Shown here one piece after another: positions 49,519 through 59,520 of a DNA stretch of 64,000 bases. The translations under genes were made by a program, and so were the position numbers. Within the stretch, counting starts at the first letter, position 1, and each line of letters starts with the position of its first letter. The DNA comes from Dehalococcoidia bacterium. Lineage in GTDB: Bacteria > Chloroflexota > Dehalococcoidia > GIF9 > UBA5629. The stretch is from positions 96,001 to 160,000 of the forward strand of contig JBEKIW010000002.1 in the NCBI GenBank assembly GCA_050011565.1, given 5' to 3'. The notes below the pieces were generated by a model. The model had not been told where the DNA came from, ran no database searches, and worked only from the letters and a program-made list of their open reading frames with translations.

Positions 49519-50022
49519 ATGAGCCAGACCAGTGACAATCTACAAGTTGCTTTTGCCGGCGAAAGCCAGGCCAGCCGCAAATACCTTTATTTCTCTGAGA
49601 AGGCTGAAGAGGAGGGATACAAGCAGATAGCCCGTTTATTCCGGGCTGCGTCGGACGCGGAAACCGTCCATGCCCGCAATCACTTGAAAGTCATGCAGGG
49701 AGTAAAATCAACCTTGGACAACCTGAAGGCAGCCATCGGCGGTGAGCATTACGAGTTCACGAAAATGTATCCTGATTTCATCAAGCAGGCCGACGCCGAA
49801 GGTGACAAGAAGGCAAATGACACCTTCTACCTGGCGAATAAGGTTGAGCAAATCCACCACAGCCTGTATCAGGCTGCCCTCACCACGCTGGAAAAAGGCC
49901 AGACCATTCCCGAGAAGCCAATCTATGTCTGCCAGCACTGCGGCAACACGGTCGAAGGCGAACCACCTGATAAGTGCCCCATCTGCGGCATGCCGAAAAA
50001 GATGTTCAAGCGCATAGACTAG
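49519..50022 (+). CDS. rbr: Rubrerythrin
   Basis: AFAGESQA, AETVHA, EQIH, CQHCG..CPICG. Confidence 0.95.
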   Translation: MSQTSDNLQVAFAGESQASRKYLYFSEKAEEEGYKQIARLFRAASDAETVHARNHLKVMQGVKSTLDNLKAAIGGEHYEFTKMYPDFIKQADAEGDKKANDTFYLANKVEQIHHSLYQAALTTLEKGQTIPEKPIYVCQHCGNTVEGEPPDKCPICGMPKKMFKRID

Positions 50023-50049
50023 ATAGTAACGAAATTAAGGAGTTGACCT

Positions 50050-50337
50050 ATGTCAAAGAAGATGTCAGATGATGAAATCCGCGAAATAGCCACGCATAGG
50101 GTGAGAAGAAGGAGAAGATTCTACGCCCACCTGACGGCATACATACTCGTCAATTTGATGCTAGTGGCCATCTGGTACTTCACGGGCCACGGCTACTTCT
50201 GGCCCGGGTGGGTAATGCTGTTCTGGGGAATAGGGCTGGTGTTCAATGCCGTGGCTGTCTTCGCCAAAGGTGATATCGGGTCAGAGAGAGCTGCTATAGA
50301 AAAAGAAATAGAGAAAATCAAGAAAAGCGGCTTCTAG
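50050..50337 (+). CDS. 2TM-domain protein
   Basis: FYAHL.AY..VN..FWP.W..WGIGL. Confidence 0.85.
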   Translation: MSKKMSDDEIREIATHRVRRRRRFYAHLTAYILVNLMLVAIWYFTGHGYFWPGWVMLFWGIGLVFNAVAVFAKGDIGSERAAIEKEIEKIKKSGF

Positions 50338-50361
50338 TTCGAGCCTTTGTTGCAGTTGCCG

Positions 50362-51165
50362 TCATTGGCCCATTAAGCTGTTTATATATTCGGGGTCGCT
50401 GTATTTGGCCATTATTTTTTCATAAACCGTTTTATAATCGATATCCTTTTCCTGCTTCAAGGCATCCAACGCGCTCTGCCAGGCGGTTACCGTGCTATCA
50501 GGAACGTCCTTGCTGAACGCTATGTAAAGGTCCGCCTGTATGACAACGGTGGGCATCATGACCAGGTCATCCGGATTTACTCCCGCCTGGGCAGCGGTGA
50601 TGGCCAGGCCGTCTTTATTTCCCAGCCATAATTGTACTGTGCCATCCATTAGTTTTTTCAAAGCCTCGGCATCAGTCAGACTTTCGTCCAGGTTAGTAAA
50701 TCCCTGGGATGCCAGGAACTGGGCCCCGGCATCGCCCTTGTAGATGCCTATCTTATTGACCTTTTTGGCGTCCTCAAGTTCATTAATTGTAATCGTTGTG
50801 CCTTTCTTGGCATAAAACGCCTGCTCGTAGTAGCCAATCGGTCCAACCCATTTGAAAAGGTTTTCCCGCAGGGGAGTCCTGTTCAGCGAATAAATTACCA
50901 CTTCAGGCCCCTTTTCAGCTATGGCCAGACCCTGGCTAAGCGGCATGACCTCTATATTAGCCCGGGTGCCTGTGTTTTCTAAGATAGCCTGTACAATTTC
51001 CGTGCTTTGCCCGGTAACATTGTTATTTTTATCCACAAAATTATAGGGCGGATATATTTCAGTGGTGATGCGCAACCCGCTGCTGGCTGGAGGCACCGTG
51101 CCTGCGGCATTGCAGCCCACCAGCAGCATGGCTGTTGCAAATAAGATAGCTAACCAAACCCTCAT
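50362..51165 (-). CDS. Family 3 substrate-binding lipoprotein
   Basis: LLVGC lipobox; TEIYPPYNF, RTPLRE.LFKWVGP, LYIAFSKD. Confidence 0.88.
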   Translation of the reverse strand: MRVWLAILFATAMLLVGCNAAGTVPPASSGLRITTEIYPPYNFVDKNNNVTGQSTEIVQAILENTGTRANIEVMPLSQGLAIAEKGPEVVIYSLNRTPLRENLFKWVGPIGYYEQAFYAKKGTTITINELEDAKKVNKIGIYKGDAGAQFLASQGFTNLDESLTDAEALKKLMDGTVQLWLGNKDGLAITAAQAGVNPDDLVMMPTVVIQADLYIAFSKDVPDSTVTAWQSALDALKQEKDIDYKTVYEKIMAKYSDPEYINSLMGQ

Positions 51166-51213
51166 TGTATTAGTCTCCTTCTCATCTCAAATTGGATTCC
51201 TGTTCAGTCATCT

Positions 51214-53280
51214 TTATTTATTAAGCAAGGGTAAATCATGGTCAGGTTCAGGTTCGGGGACTGGTGGTGGTAAAGGCTCGGGCTCCGGTCCCGGCACAGG
51301 TCCCGGCATAGGTCCTGGCTCTAATCCCTCGAAGTGGAACATAAGTGTAAAGGTTATGGAGCCACCGGCAGGTAACATCTGCGATGGAGGAGAAACACCA
51401 ATGAAAGAAGATTGTGGCGGACCTCCACCGCTGTACTGGACGCTATAGCTCCCCTGCGGCGCATTGGCAAAGTCGCGAGGTGCCGAATCGCCCGATTCCA
51501 CATATGGACCCTGGAGCACATACCCGACCGAACCCGTCCATTCCTGCCCGTCCAACGTAGCATTAACCGTAACGTATCCCCTGGGCTGTCCGGTGAACTG
51601 CAATACATATTGAATAGAGCCACCCGGCGCCAGATTTTGCGTCGGTGATGGCGAGATGCCGGTCAATGTGGCACCGATAGGCCCGCCTGAATTGTAGCTC
51701 AAAGTGTACATGCCGGATGGCATGCTGCTGAAGGTGCCAGGTATGGTATTCGCGGAATCACTGGCTGGGCCGGTTACCGTATAGCTAATTGGACCGGACC
51801 CGGGTTGCGTCATCCACTGCTGCCCGTCCACCATGGCACTTACCGTAATGGTACCGGTACTGGGCTGCGCCGTGAAGTTCAAATTGAATCCGATGGTACG
51901 GCCGCTTGCCAGCGATTGCGTTGGCGCCGGCGTGATACTGGTCAATATAGCGCCGGCGGGCCCACCTCCCATATACGTAACGGTGTAGTTGCCCACAGGC
52001 ACGTTGTTATACGTACGTGGCACCTGGTTATCATTGCTCTGGAAAGGACCGCTGAGCATATAGCCGACCGCACCAGACCACGGCGAACCATTCAAGTTGG
52101 CGTTGACTACCACATTGCCGGTTTGCTGCTGCGCATAATAATTTAGGATAAACCCGGCCGACCCGCCGCTGGTTAAAACCAGTGACTGACCGGGTGCGAT
52201 ATTTCCCAGTGTTGCTCCCGGCGGCCCGCCCGCTTTGTAGCTTATGTAGTACGTCCCCGGAGGAGCGTTATTTAATTGTAATGGAACCGATGTGTAAATA
52301 TTATTAATCGGCCCGGAGATTGAAAATTGTACCGGCCCTGTCCAGGCAGCCCCATTATACGACGCAGTCACCGACAGGCTCGATGCTGAGACTGCTGAGA
52401 AATTCAATGTATAGACGATATTGCCATTGGGCGCCAGCGTTTGAGTCGGCGACGGGGAAATACTGCTCAGTATAGCGCCGGATGGACCACCCGAATTGTA
52501 CGTTAACGTATACGTCCCCGAAGGCAGGTTACCGAAAGTTTTCGGAACAATGACGTCCGCATCCTTGAATGGACCGGTGATTGAATACCCAACGGTTCCG
52601 GACCACGGTGAGCCATTCAGTGTGGCAATGACATTTATGCTGGAACTGGTTTGGCTCTGGAAATTCAAGACGAAGTGCACCGTGTCGCCTGCCGCCAACT
52701 CCAAGGTCGGTTGTGGAGTTATGCTCGTTAACGAAGCCCCTGTCGGACCACCGTAATTGTAGGTTACGGTATAGGTACCGGCTGGTACAGTCTTAAAATT
52801 CCAAGGGACCGAATTATCTGTATCCGAGAAAGGACCGCTAACCCTGTAATTTACCGAGCCGGTCCACGGCGCACCATCGAGGGTAGCGCTGACTCGAACA
52901 GTTCCAGTACTGGACGGACCAGCCCCTCCTGGTGTATGGAAAGACCACGGGGCCGTCCAAGCCGATACCTGGTTGCCCTGCCGGGCCAGTACCTTCCAAT
53001 AATACCAGGTGTCGCCATTTAGTTTGCCCGAAGGCATAGTGTAGCTGAGGTCGCCTATATTGTTCACATCGAGCGCTAAATTTTGGAAATTGTTGTCCTG
53101 CGCTACCATCAAGCGATAGGTAGCTGCTCCGCTGCCGCCTCCCCAGGTAAAAGTAGGTGTTAGCGATAGCACCGCGCTGCCATCGGCCGGAGACGCCAGG
53201 CTTACAGTTAGCCTGGGCGGCGCCAGGCAACCTGCCAGGAGAAGTACGAATAAGAGTAGGATTTTTAAACAAGTACTCAT
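51214..53280 (-). CDS. Surface lipoprotein: FN3-like domain, six ~88-aa beta repeats, Pro-rich tail
   Basis: LLAGC lipobox; 6x V.ATL(D/N)G.PW.G.V.Y..SGP..P.G.YT..Y.GGP. Confidence 0.85.
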   Translation of the reverse strand: MSTCLKILLLFVLLLAGCLAPPRLTVSLASPADGSAVLSLTPTFTWGGGSGAATYRLMVAQDNNFQNLALDVNNIGDLSYTMPSGKLNGDTWYYWKVLARQGNQVSAWTAPWSFHTPGGAGPSSTGTVRVSATLDGAPWTGSVNYRVSGPFSDTDNSVPWNFKTVPAGTYTVTYNYGGPTGASLTSITPQPTLELAAGDTVHFVLNFQSQTSSSINVIATLNGSPWSGTVGYSITGPFKDADVIVPKTFGNLPSGTYTLTYNSGGPSGAILSSISPSPTQTLAPNGNIVYTLNFSAVSASSLSVTASYNGAAWTGPVQFSISGPINNIYTSVPLQLNNAPPGTYYISYKAGGPPGATLGNIAPGQSLVLTSGGSAGFILNYYAQQQTGNVVVNANLNGSPWSGAVGYMLSGPFQSNDNQVPRTYNNVPVGNYTVTYMGGGPAGAILTSITPAPTQSLASGRTIGFNLNFTAQPSTGTITVSAMVDGQQWMTQPGSGPISYTVTGPASDSANTIPGTFSSMPSGMYTLSYNSGGPIGATLTGISPSPTQNLAPGGSIQYVLQFTGQPRGYVTVNATLDGQEWTGSVGYVLQGPYVESGDSAPRDFANAPQGSYSVQYSGGGPPQSSFIGVSPPSQMLPAGGSITFTLMFHFEGLEPGPMPGPVPGPEPEPLPPPVPEPEPDHDLPLLNK

Positions 53281-53436
53281 CTTTTACCCCGTTTCACGTA
53301 TTTGTACCAATGGTATCCGCATCGTGATGAAACGTCAATAGTCATATAGTCATAGGAGATTAAAATAACGGGGCTGACATAAATACTTTCGCCCGCTATG
53401 TATTAACGGCTCAGGGCTGGAGGTTCACAGGGCTCA

Positions 53437-53868
53437 TTACAGCGTATAGACTTCGATGCCAAAAGTATGAACCCAATTCTTCTCCAGTGCTTCTACCGCC
53501 TCTTTGGTCTTGTCTACGCCGATGATGACTACGGGCTGTCCGCTTTCCCCCTTGCCCAGATAGGTGTAGAAATAGAGAACATTGATTTTGGAATCGCGCA
53601 GAGGCTTCAGCACCGCCTGAAGACCTCCGGGATGGTCGGGGACTTCCACGGCAATGACGTCGGTTTCATGTACGGAATAGCCCGCGCTACGGAGCACGTT
53701 TGCCGTCTTTTCCGGGTTATCGGTGACGAATCTCACCGTACTGAAATCTGATGTATCGGCTACCGAAATTGCCCTGATGTTTATCCCCTCTCTGCCCAGG
53801 CATTCGCTCACCGCCAGGAATTTACCGGGCTCATTTTCCAGGGTTAATGAAATCTGTTTAACGCTCAT
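53437..53868 (-). CDS. Tandem ACT-domain protein
   Basis: QIS.LENEPG, GINIRAIS.ADT, VPDHPGGL. Confidence 0.9.
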   Translation of the reverse strand: MSVKQISLTLENEPGKFLAVSECLGREGINIRAISVADTSDFSTVRFVTDNPEKTANVLRSAGYSVHETDVIAVEVPDHPGGLQAVLKPLRDSKINVLYFYTYLGKGESGQPVVIIGVDKTKEAVEALEKNWVHTFGIEVYTL

Positions 53869-53900
53869 AGTCCACTCCCAAGTCAGATTATTCAGCCGCT

Positions 53901-54431
53901 TTAGAAAAGGTCATATCCTGCCTTTAAAGCTTTTTCGTTAACCGCCAGCAGTTTTTGCTTCGTACCCAGGATAAATTTTAACGCTTCGATTACGCTGGTA
54001 AGCGAGACCAGCCCGCCTTTCTTCGCGAAGGCGCCGAGCATCACCATGTTGGCCGACTTTGGACTGTCCAAATTCTCGGCAATGCTATTTGCCGGCACCT
54101 TAATGACGCTGATATCGCCTCTTGCTATTTCGGATTCCACCAGAGAGGAATTGACAAAAAACAGGCCGCCCGATTGAATCTGATTTTGAAATCTCATAAC
54201 TGAAGGCTGGTTCATAGCAACGACGAACTCGGGCGATGAAGCCACCGGCGACGCAATCTCGTCATCGGATATGACCACCGTGCAATTGGCGGTACCGCCG
54301 CGGACCTCGGCGCCATAAGACGGCAAATAGGTCACGTTTTTGCCTTCGAGCATGGCTGCCTGGGCTAAATTGAGCCCAATGGACATGACACCCTGGCCGC
54401 CAAAGCCGGCGATGACTGTCTTAATCAGCAT
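53901..54431 (-). CDS. 2-oxoacid:ferredoxin oxidoreductase gamma subunit
   Basis: AGFGGQGV, PSYGAEVRGGTA, NMVMLGA. Confidence 0.93.
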   Translation of the reverse strand: MLIKTVIAGFGGQGVMSIGLNLAQAAMLEGKNVTYLPSYGAEVRGGTANCTVVISDDEIASPVASSPEFVVAMNQPSVMRFQNQIQSGGLFFVNSSLVESEIARGDISVIKVPANSIAENLDSPKSANMVMLGAFAKKGGLVSLTSVIEALKFILGTKQKLLAVNEKALKAGYDLF

Positions 54432-55176
54432 CTTTTCCGCCCGTTATGTCTTTTATGAGGCCCAAAGGAAATTCCTTGGCCATGACATTGTCAATCCACT
54501 GCCACGCCTCCAAGGGGCTCATCCTCCAATTGGTGGGGCAAGGAGACAGTATTTCCACCAGAGAGAAACCGAGACCGTCAATTTGCGTCTGGAAAGCTTT
54601 ACGGATAGCCTTCTTCGTTTTTCTGATATTGGCCGGCGAGTTTACAGCACAGCGTTCCACATACACCGCGCCCCTAACCACAGCTATGATATCGCTCATT
54701 TTTAGCGGATATCCTTCCAGATTATCATCCCGCCCATAAGGAGTGGTAGTAGTTTTCTGACCGGAAAGGGTGGTCGGCGCCATCTGGCCGCCGGTCATAC
54801 CGTAAACCGCGTTGTTAACAAAAATGGAGGTTATATTTTCTTTTCTGTTGGCAGCATGTATCGTCTCTGCGGTCCCGATAGCCGCCAGGTCGCCGTCACC
54901 CTGATAAGTAAAGACTATTGCTTCAGGAAAAGCCCGCTTGACTCCCGTGGCCACCGCGGCTCCCCTGCCATGCGCCGATTCTGCCATGTCGACATCAAAA
55001 TAGTAATAAGCAAAGACGGCACATCCCGGCGGTGGTATGCCAATGGCCTTGTCCTGAAGATTCATCTCGTCAATCACTTCACAGATAAGCCTGTGGATAA
55101 TTGAATGACCGCACCCCGGACAATAGTGGAAAACGGCTTTCTTCAATGACTTCGGTCGGGAATATATCTTTTTCAT
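54421..55176 (-). CDS. 2-oxoacid:ferredoxin oxidoreductase beta (TPP) subunit, VOR-type
   Basis: YCPGCGH, YQGDGDLAAIG, NNAVYGMTGGQMAPTT, SPCPTNW. Confidence 0.93.
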   Translation of the reverse strand: MKKIYSRPKSLKKAVFHYCPGCGHSIIHRLICEVIDEMNLQDKAIGIPPPGCAVFAYYYFDVDMAESAHGRGAAVATGVKRAFPEAIVFTYQGDGDLAAIGTAETIHAANRKENITSIFVNNAVYGMTGGQMAPTTLSGQKTTTTPYGRDDNLEGYPLKMSDIIAVVRGAVYVERCAVNSPANIRKTKKAIRKAFQTQIDGLGFSLVEILSPCPTNWRMSPLEAWQWIDNVMAKEFPLGLIKDITGGKDAD

Positions 55177-55180
55177 CGTA

Positions 55181-56248
55181 TTACTTCAAGCCCTTCTGAT
55201 AATAAAGGCGAGAAATCACTCTGGAAACCTCGCTTGGCGTGGGGATTACACCTCCCGGCCTACCATAGAATGAGACTTCCCCCTGGCCTTCCAGCGCCAA
55301 TTGCACATCTTCTATCATCTGTCCCATGTTCATTTCAAAGACGAGATAGTACTTCACCCTCTTGGCCAATTCCTTGACCGCTTCATTAGGAAACGGCCAG
55401 AGCGTAATGGGCCTCAATAATCCCACCTTCAAACCCGATGCACGGACCGTCCTGATAGCTCCTTTGGCGATTCGAGCCGCTATGCCGAAAGCCACAACTA
55501 TTAGCTCAGCATCCTCGGTCAAGAACGTCTCGCAGGCTGTCTCTTCTTTTTTAATTAACTCGTATCTTCGGAACAAGCTCCAGTTAATCTCCTCAAGTTC
55601 GGCCGGATTTGAGGTAAAGGTCTTTATGTATTTGCTGGGCCGTCCCCTGGCTCCCCTGAGCGCATCGCTCCTGACCGGCAATTGCTCCGGAGCTTCGTAT
55701 TTGAATTCCACCGGCTCCATCATCTGGCCCAGTACGCCGTCGCCGAGGATGATGACCGGAATCTTGTATTTGTCGCTGAGGTCGAAGGCTTTATGGGTGA
55801 GGTCTGCCAGCTCCTGTACCGATGACGGACCTAAAACAATGGTCCTGTAATCTCCGTGGCCACCGCCTCTGGTGGCCTGAAAATAGTCCGACTGCGCGGC
55901 GACTATGCTGCCCAACCCCGGACCGCCGCGGGACATATTGACGATAACTGCCGGCAGTTCGCAGGCAGCTAAATAGGAAATTCCTTCCTGCTTCAAACTA
56001 ATGCCGGGGCTGGACGAAGAGGTCATGGCTCTGACACCGACCAGGCTGGCTCCATAGACCATATTTATGGCCGCAATCTCACTTTCTGCCTGAATAAAAG
56101 AGCACCCCTTCTTCCGGCTCAGATTAGCCGCCATATACTCGGTCAGCTCGTTCTGAGGTGTAATCGGATATCCGAAGTAACACTGGCAGCCGGCCCTGAT
56201 GGCCGCCTCTCCGATGGCAGCATTCCCGGTCATGAGAACTCTAGCCAC
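55181..56248 (-). CDS. vorB: 2-oxoacid:ferredoxin oxidoreductase alpha subunit (VorB-type)
   Basis: YFGYPITPQ, QAESE, SSSSPGISLKQEG, RGGGHGD. Confidence 0.9.
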   Translation of the reverse strand: MARVLMTGNAAIGEAAIRAGCQCYFGYPITPQNELTEYMAANLSRKKGCSFIQAESEIAAINMVYGASLVGVRAMTSSSSPGISLKQEGISYLAACELPAVIVNMSRGGPGLGSIVAAQSDYFQATRGGGHGDYRTIVLGPSSVQELADLTHKAFDLSDKYKIPVIILGDGVLGQMMEPVEFKYEAPEQLPVRSDALRGARGRPSKYIKTFTSNPAELEEINWSLFRRYELIKKEETACETFLTEDAELIVVAFGIAARIAKGAIRTVRASGLKVGLLRPITLWPFPNEAVKELAKRVKYYLVFEMNMGQMIEDVQLALEGQGEVSFYGRPGGVIPTPSEVSRVISRLYYQKGLK

Positions 56249-56459
56249 GATACACCTCTATAGCCACTTCGGGGCAGACCAGCGCACAAACAGCGCAGCC
56301 GGTACATTCGCCATTATCGTTGAAGACGGCCGGCAAATAACCGCTGGCATTTAGTTTGCTGGAGGTGGATATCAGTCGCTTGGGGCAGAAAGAGACACAG
56401 AGCTCGCAGCCCTTGCACAGCTCCTGCGAAATTTCAATAGACCCTTTTACATTAGTCAT
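56241..56459 (-). CDS. 2x[4Fe-4S] ferredoxin (delta subunit)
   Basis: CKGCELCVSFCP and CTGCAVCALVCP. Confidence 0.92.
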   Translation of the reverse strand: MTNVKGSIEISQELCKGCELCVSFCPKRLISTSSKLNASGYLPAVFNDNGECTGCAVCALVCPEVAIEVYRG

Positions 56460-56612
56460 TTTTAATAAGTTTTCTATGATTTCACTAAAAACCGTACAGG
56501 CCGATTTTCGCCCACATAATTGTATTTACAAAAGGTTTTAATTACAAGTTTCCGGGCCCGACCAATACATTAATTCCGCACCTGTTTCCATCATTTTGAG
56601 AATCAGCCTATT

Positions 56613-56711
56613 TGTCATCGCGAGGAGCCCTTCTACGGAAGGGCGACATGGCGATCTTAACGGGAGGACATTTAGATTGCCACGTCCTTCAGCGGAAGGA
56701 CTAGCAATGAC
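56613..56711. repeat. REP-like inverted-repeat doublet
   Basis: GTCATCGCGAG..CCCTTC-TACG-GAAGGG..CATGGCGATCT / AGATTGCCACG..TCCTTC-AGCG-GAAGGA..CTAGCAATGAC. Confidence 0.75.
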
Positions 56712-56720
56712 GGGAGACAA

Positions 56721-58160
56721 CTACCTGCTATCGGGTGCCTTCTTTTTGTCACGCAGCGCTAGGTTAAGGACCAGAAGCAGGCCGCCAAGTGCGGCGCCGA
56801 AAAGGAATATGGCGTGAAAACCGATGACGAAAGCTTTCGGCGGTAATGAATGAGCCGCTATATTCGCCGATGAAATGCCCTGTCCGGCAATCACCGAAAG
56901 GAAGATAAGCGTGAACACGGCAATGCCCATCACGGCTCCCACATTCCTTACCGTGTTCACCAGGCTGCTGATCACACCCTCATCTCCCCTGGTACTCATA
57001 GACATAATGAGGTTGAAATTTGCCGGCATAACCAGCCCGATTCCAACTCCCTCGATAGCCAGAGCTATAATTATATAGGGCAGTGTCGTCCTGGTGCCCA
57101 TTACAGCAAATATCATAAAGGCCGCGATAAGGACCGCAGACCCCAATATACAGATGCGGCGAGGGCCTATCCGGTCGGAAAGGAATCCTGCTATTGATCC
57201 GCACACCATCATGAGCAAAGCGGGCACTAACAAAATAAGGCCGGCGATATTTGCGGCAAACCCTTTTTCCAGCTCCAGATAGAACGGAAAAGCGTACCAC
57301 GAACCCTGCCCCATCAGAAGAACAAGCATCGCCACAATAACTGCCATGGCAAAATTCCTGTTTCGGAAAAAGCCGAGGTTGATTAACGGCGATTGAGCCC
57401 TTCTTTCGTTAAATATGAAACCAGCCCAGGCTGCCACCGAGACCACGATGCTTGCCAGGATTCCCCAGGACAGCCACCCTATATTGGTCCCCATGTTCAA
57501 GAAGAAGATAAGACTGACTAAAGCTACCAGAAGCAGGCCGGCTCCCGGCAGGTCAAATCGACCCTTGATGAGTTCGCCGCTGTCACGGGGCAATATGGCA
57601 AAAGCTAATATGATAGCCAGTATGCCCACCGGTATATTCACAAAGAATATCCAGTGCCAGCTGTAGAACTGGGACAGAAAACCACCAAGAGGTGTGCCGG
57701 CGGCGAGGCCGACCGCGGCTGATGTCGTCAGTATGCCGAAGGCGGTTCCGCGGATTTTTTCCGGCAGGTATCTAACCACCATGGCGCCGCCGATTGCCTG
57801 CAGCATGGCGGCTCCAACCCCCTGAAGTACGCGGAAACCTATGAGCAGAAAGATGGTCGAGGACAATCCGCACGACAGCGAACCGATAGTAAAGATAGCA
57901 AAGCCGGCGACATAGATTTTCTTATAGCCGCGAATGTCGGCTACCCTGCCTAAGGTGATAAGTGTACTCGAGACAACCAGCAGATAGGATATCGCCACCC
58001 AGGAAACAGTCGCCACGTCAGACTGAAAATACTTTGAAATCGAAGGCAGCGAGATATTAACGATAGTCGTATCAAGAGCTCCCATAAATGAGGCGAGCGA
58101 AATCAGGAGCAAAATAAGCCACTGAGGGGAACTCTTTTCGGAATGATTAACCGGATTCAT
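56721..58160 (-). CDS. MFS DHA2-family transporter
   Basis: LDTTIVNISLP, GRVADIRG, RVLQGVG, WHWIFFVNIP. Confidence 0.92.
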   Translation of the reverse strand: MNPVNHSEKSSPQWLILLLISLASFMGALDTTIVNISLPSISKYFQSDVATVSWVAISYLLVVSSTLITLGRVADIRGYKKIYVAGFAIFTIGSLSCGLSSTIFLLIGFRVLQGVGAAMLQAIGGAMVVRYLPEKIRGTAFGILTTSAAVGLAAGTPLGGFLSQFYSWHWIFFVNIPVGILAIILAFAILPRDSGELIKGRFDLPGAGLLLVALVSLIFFLNMGTNIGWLSWGILASIVVSVAAWAGFIFNERRAQSPLINLGFFRNRNFAMAVIVAMLVLLMGQGSWYAFPFYLELEKGFAANIAGLILLVPALLMMVCGSIAGFLSDRIGPRRICILGSAVLIAAFMIFAVMGTRTTLPYIIIALAIEGVGIGLVMPANFNLIMSMSTRGDEGVISSLVNTVRNVGAVMGIAVFTLIFLSVIAGQGISSANIAAHSLPPKAFVIGFHAIFLFGAALGGLLLVLNLALRDKKKAPDSR

Positions 58161-58264
58161 AATAAAACCGATATACTTAAACCGCCTCAATATAAACTAC
58201 TCAATCGAATTTTGCAATGCTGCTAATAATTAGCAGGGAATGTCCGTTACCTTATATACGTTTT

Positions 58265-58294
58265 TTGACTGACCTCTAATCCCGAATATATAAT
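58265..58294 (+). promoter_or_regulatory. Putative sigma70 promoter
   Basis: TTGACT-N18-TATAAT upstream of the Fe-S protein gene. Confidence 0.6.
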
Positions 58295-58337
58295 GCAGGC
58301 GCAATTGACCACCAAATACTAAGTGAGGAAAGTGAAT

Positions 58338-59390
58338 ATGACACAAGAGGTCTACAACAAACTGGCTGATGCGCTTAATGCCCGCAGCATGACATATCCG
58401 TCCGTACCTTGCGATGAGTTCTACGTTCTGGCTGAAGAGCTGTTTACCCCGGAGCAGGCGGAAATTGCTTCGAACATGCCCGTTAATCCCATATCAGCCG
58501 AAGAACTCGAAGCCAAGATGAAAGGGTCTAACGCTGCTAAATTAAGAAAGCAACTCGATGAAATGGCAGACAAAGGCTTGGTACGTGTCAAAGAAAAAGC
58601 CGGTAAGCGATTATATGAGCTCATGCCACTGGTTCCGGGCATCATCGAATTGCAGTTCATGCACGGCCGTGTTGACGAACGTACCAAGCGTTTGGCGCAA
58701 CTCTTCAAAAGCTACGCCAGGGCGCTGAAAAACATAATGCTGACGGTGGCTCCGCCACCTCCCGCCGCCGATGCGGCGCCGGTTAGAAAAATCTCCGTAG
58801 AAGAGGAAATCCACGACCGGTCCACGGTCCTGCCTTATGACGAGGTGATGAAGCTGATTGATAAAACGGAGTATATCGCCGCCGGGACTTGCGTTTGCCG
58901 GCATCAGGGCGACTTGCTGGACAGGCCCTGTGACAAGCCAAAAGATAACCTGTGCATGATTTTTGGTCCTTCGGCAAAGTTCGCCCAGAGCCACGGCTTC
59001 GTCCGTCTGATTTCCAGGGAGGAAGCCCGACAGAGAATTGACGAGGCGGAGAAAGCCGGCCTGGTCCATAACTATGCCAACAGCCAGGATAGATACATCG
59101 ACCTGCTGTGCAACTGCTGCGGCTGTCACTGTCTCATACTAAGAGGAGCTAAGCGGGCCCCGGTTCCCAGCCAGGCAGTTGTTGCCAACTGGGTTATAAC
59201 CATAGACGACGATGCCTGCATCGGCTGCGGCGCCTGCATCGACCGGTGCTGGATGGAAGCCTTGAAAATGGATGGTGACCTGGCGGTGCGCGATTTCAAT
59301 CGCTGTATCGGCTGCGGCATTTGCCGCTACGTATGCCCCACCGACGCCATGAAACTGGTGCACAGAGAAAAAGCCGCGGTCAAAAGCTAA
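58338..59390 (+). CDS. wHTH + 4Fe-4S dicluster protein
   Basis: CVCR, GLVH..CNCCGCHC, CIGCGACIDRC, CIGCGICRYVCP. Confidence 0.88.
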   Translation: MTQEVYNKLADALNARSMTYPSVPCDEFYVLAEELFTPEQAEIASNMPVNPISAEELEAKMKGSNAAKLRKQLDEMADKGLVRVKEKAGKRLYELMPLVPGIIELQFMHGRVDERTKRLAQLFKSYARALKNIMLTVAPPPPAADAAPVRKISVEEEIHDRSTVLPYDEVMKLIDKTEYIAAGTCVCRHQGDLLDRPCDKPKDNLCMIFGPSAKFAQSHGFVRLISREEARQRIDEAEKAGLVHNYANSQDRYIDLLCNCCGCHCLILRGAKRAPVPSQAVVANWVITIDDDACIGCGACIDRCWMEALKMDGDLAVRDFNRCIGCGICRYVCPTDAMKLVHREKAAVKS

Positions 59391-59520
59391 AACCAGCTTT
59401 AACCCCGTAACTCCATATTGCTCCAAATACCCGTCTTACCCATAGATTGTTTTTCCACTGTGGCTTATCACGGCAAGGCTCTGATAAAATTAGGCCCTGG
59501 ATGATAGATAGAGGTGACCG

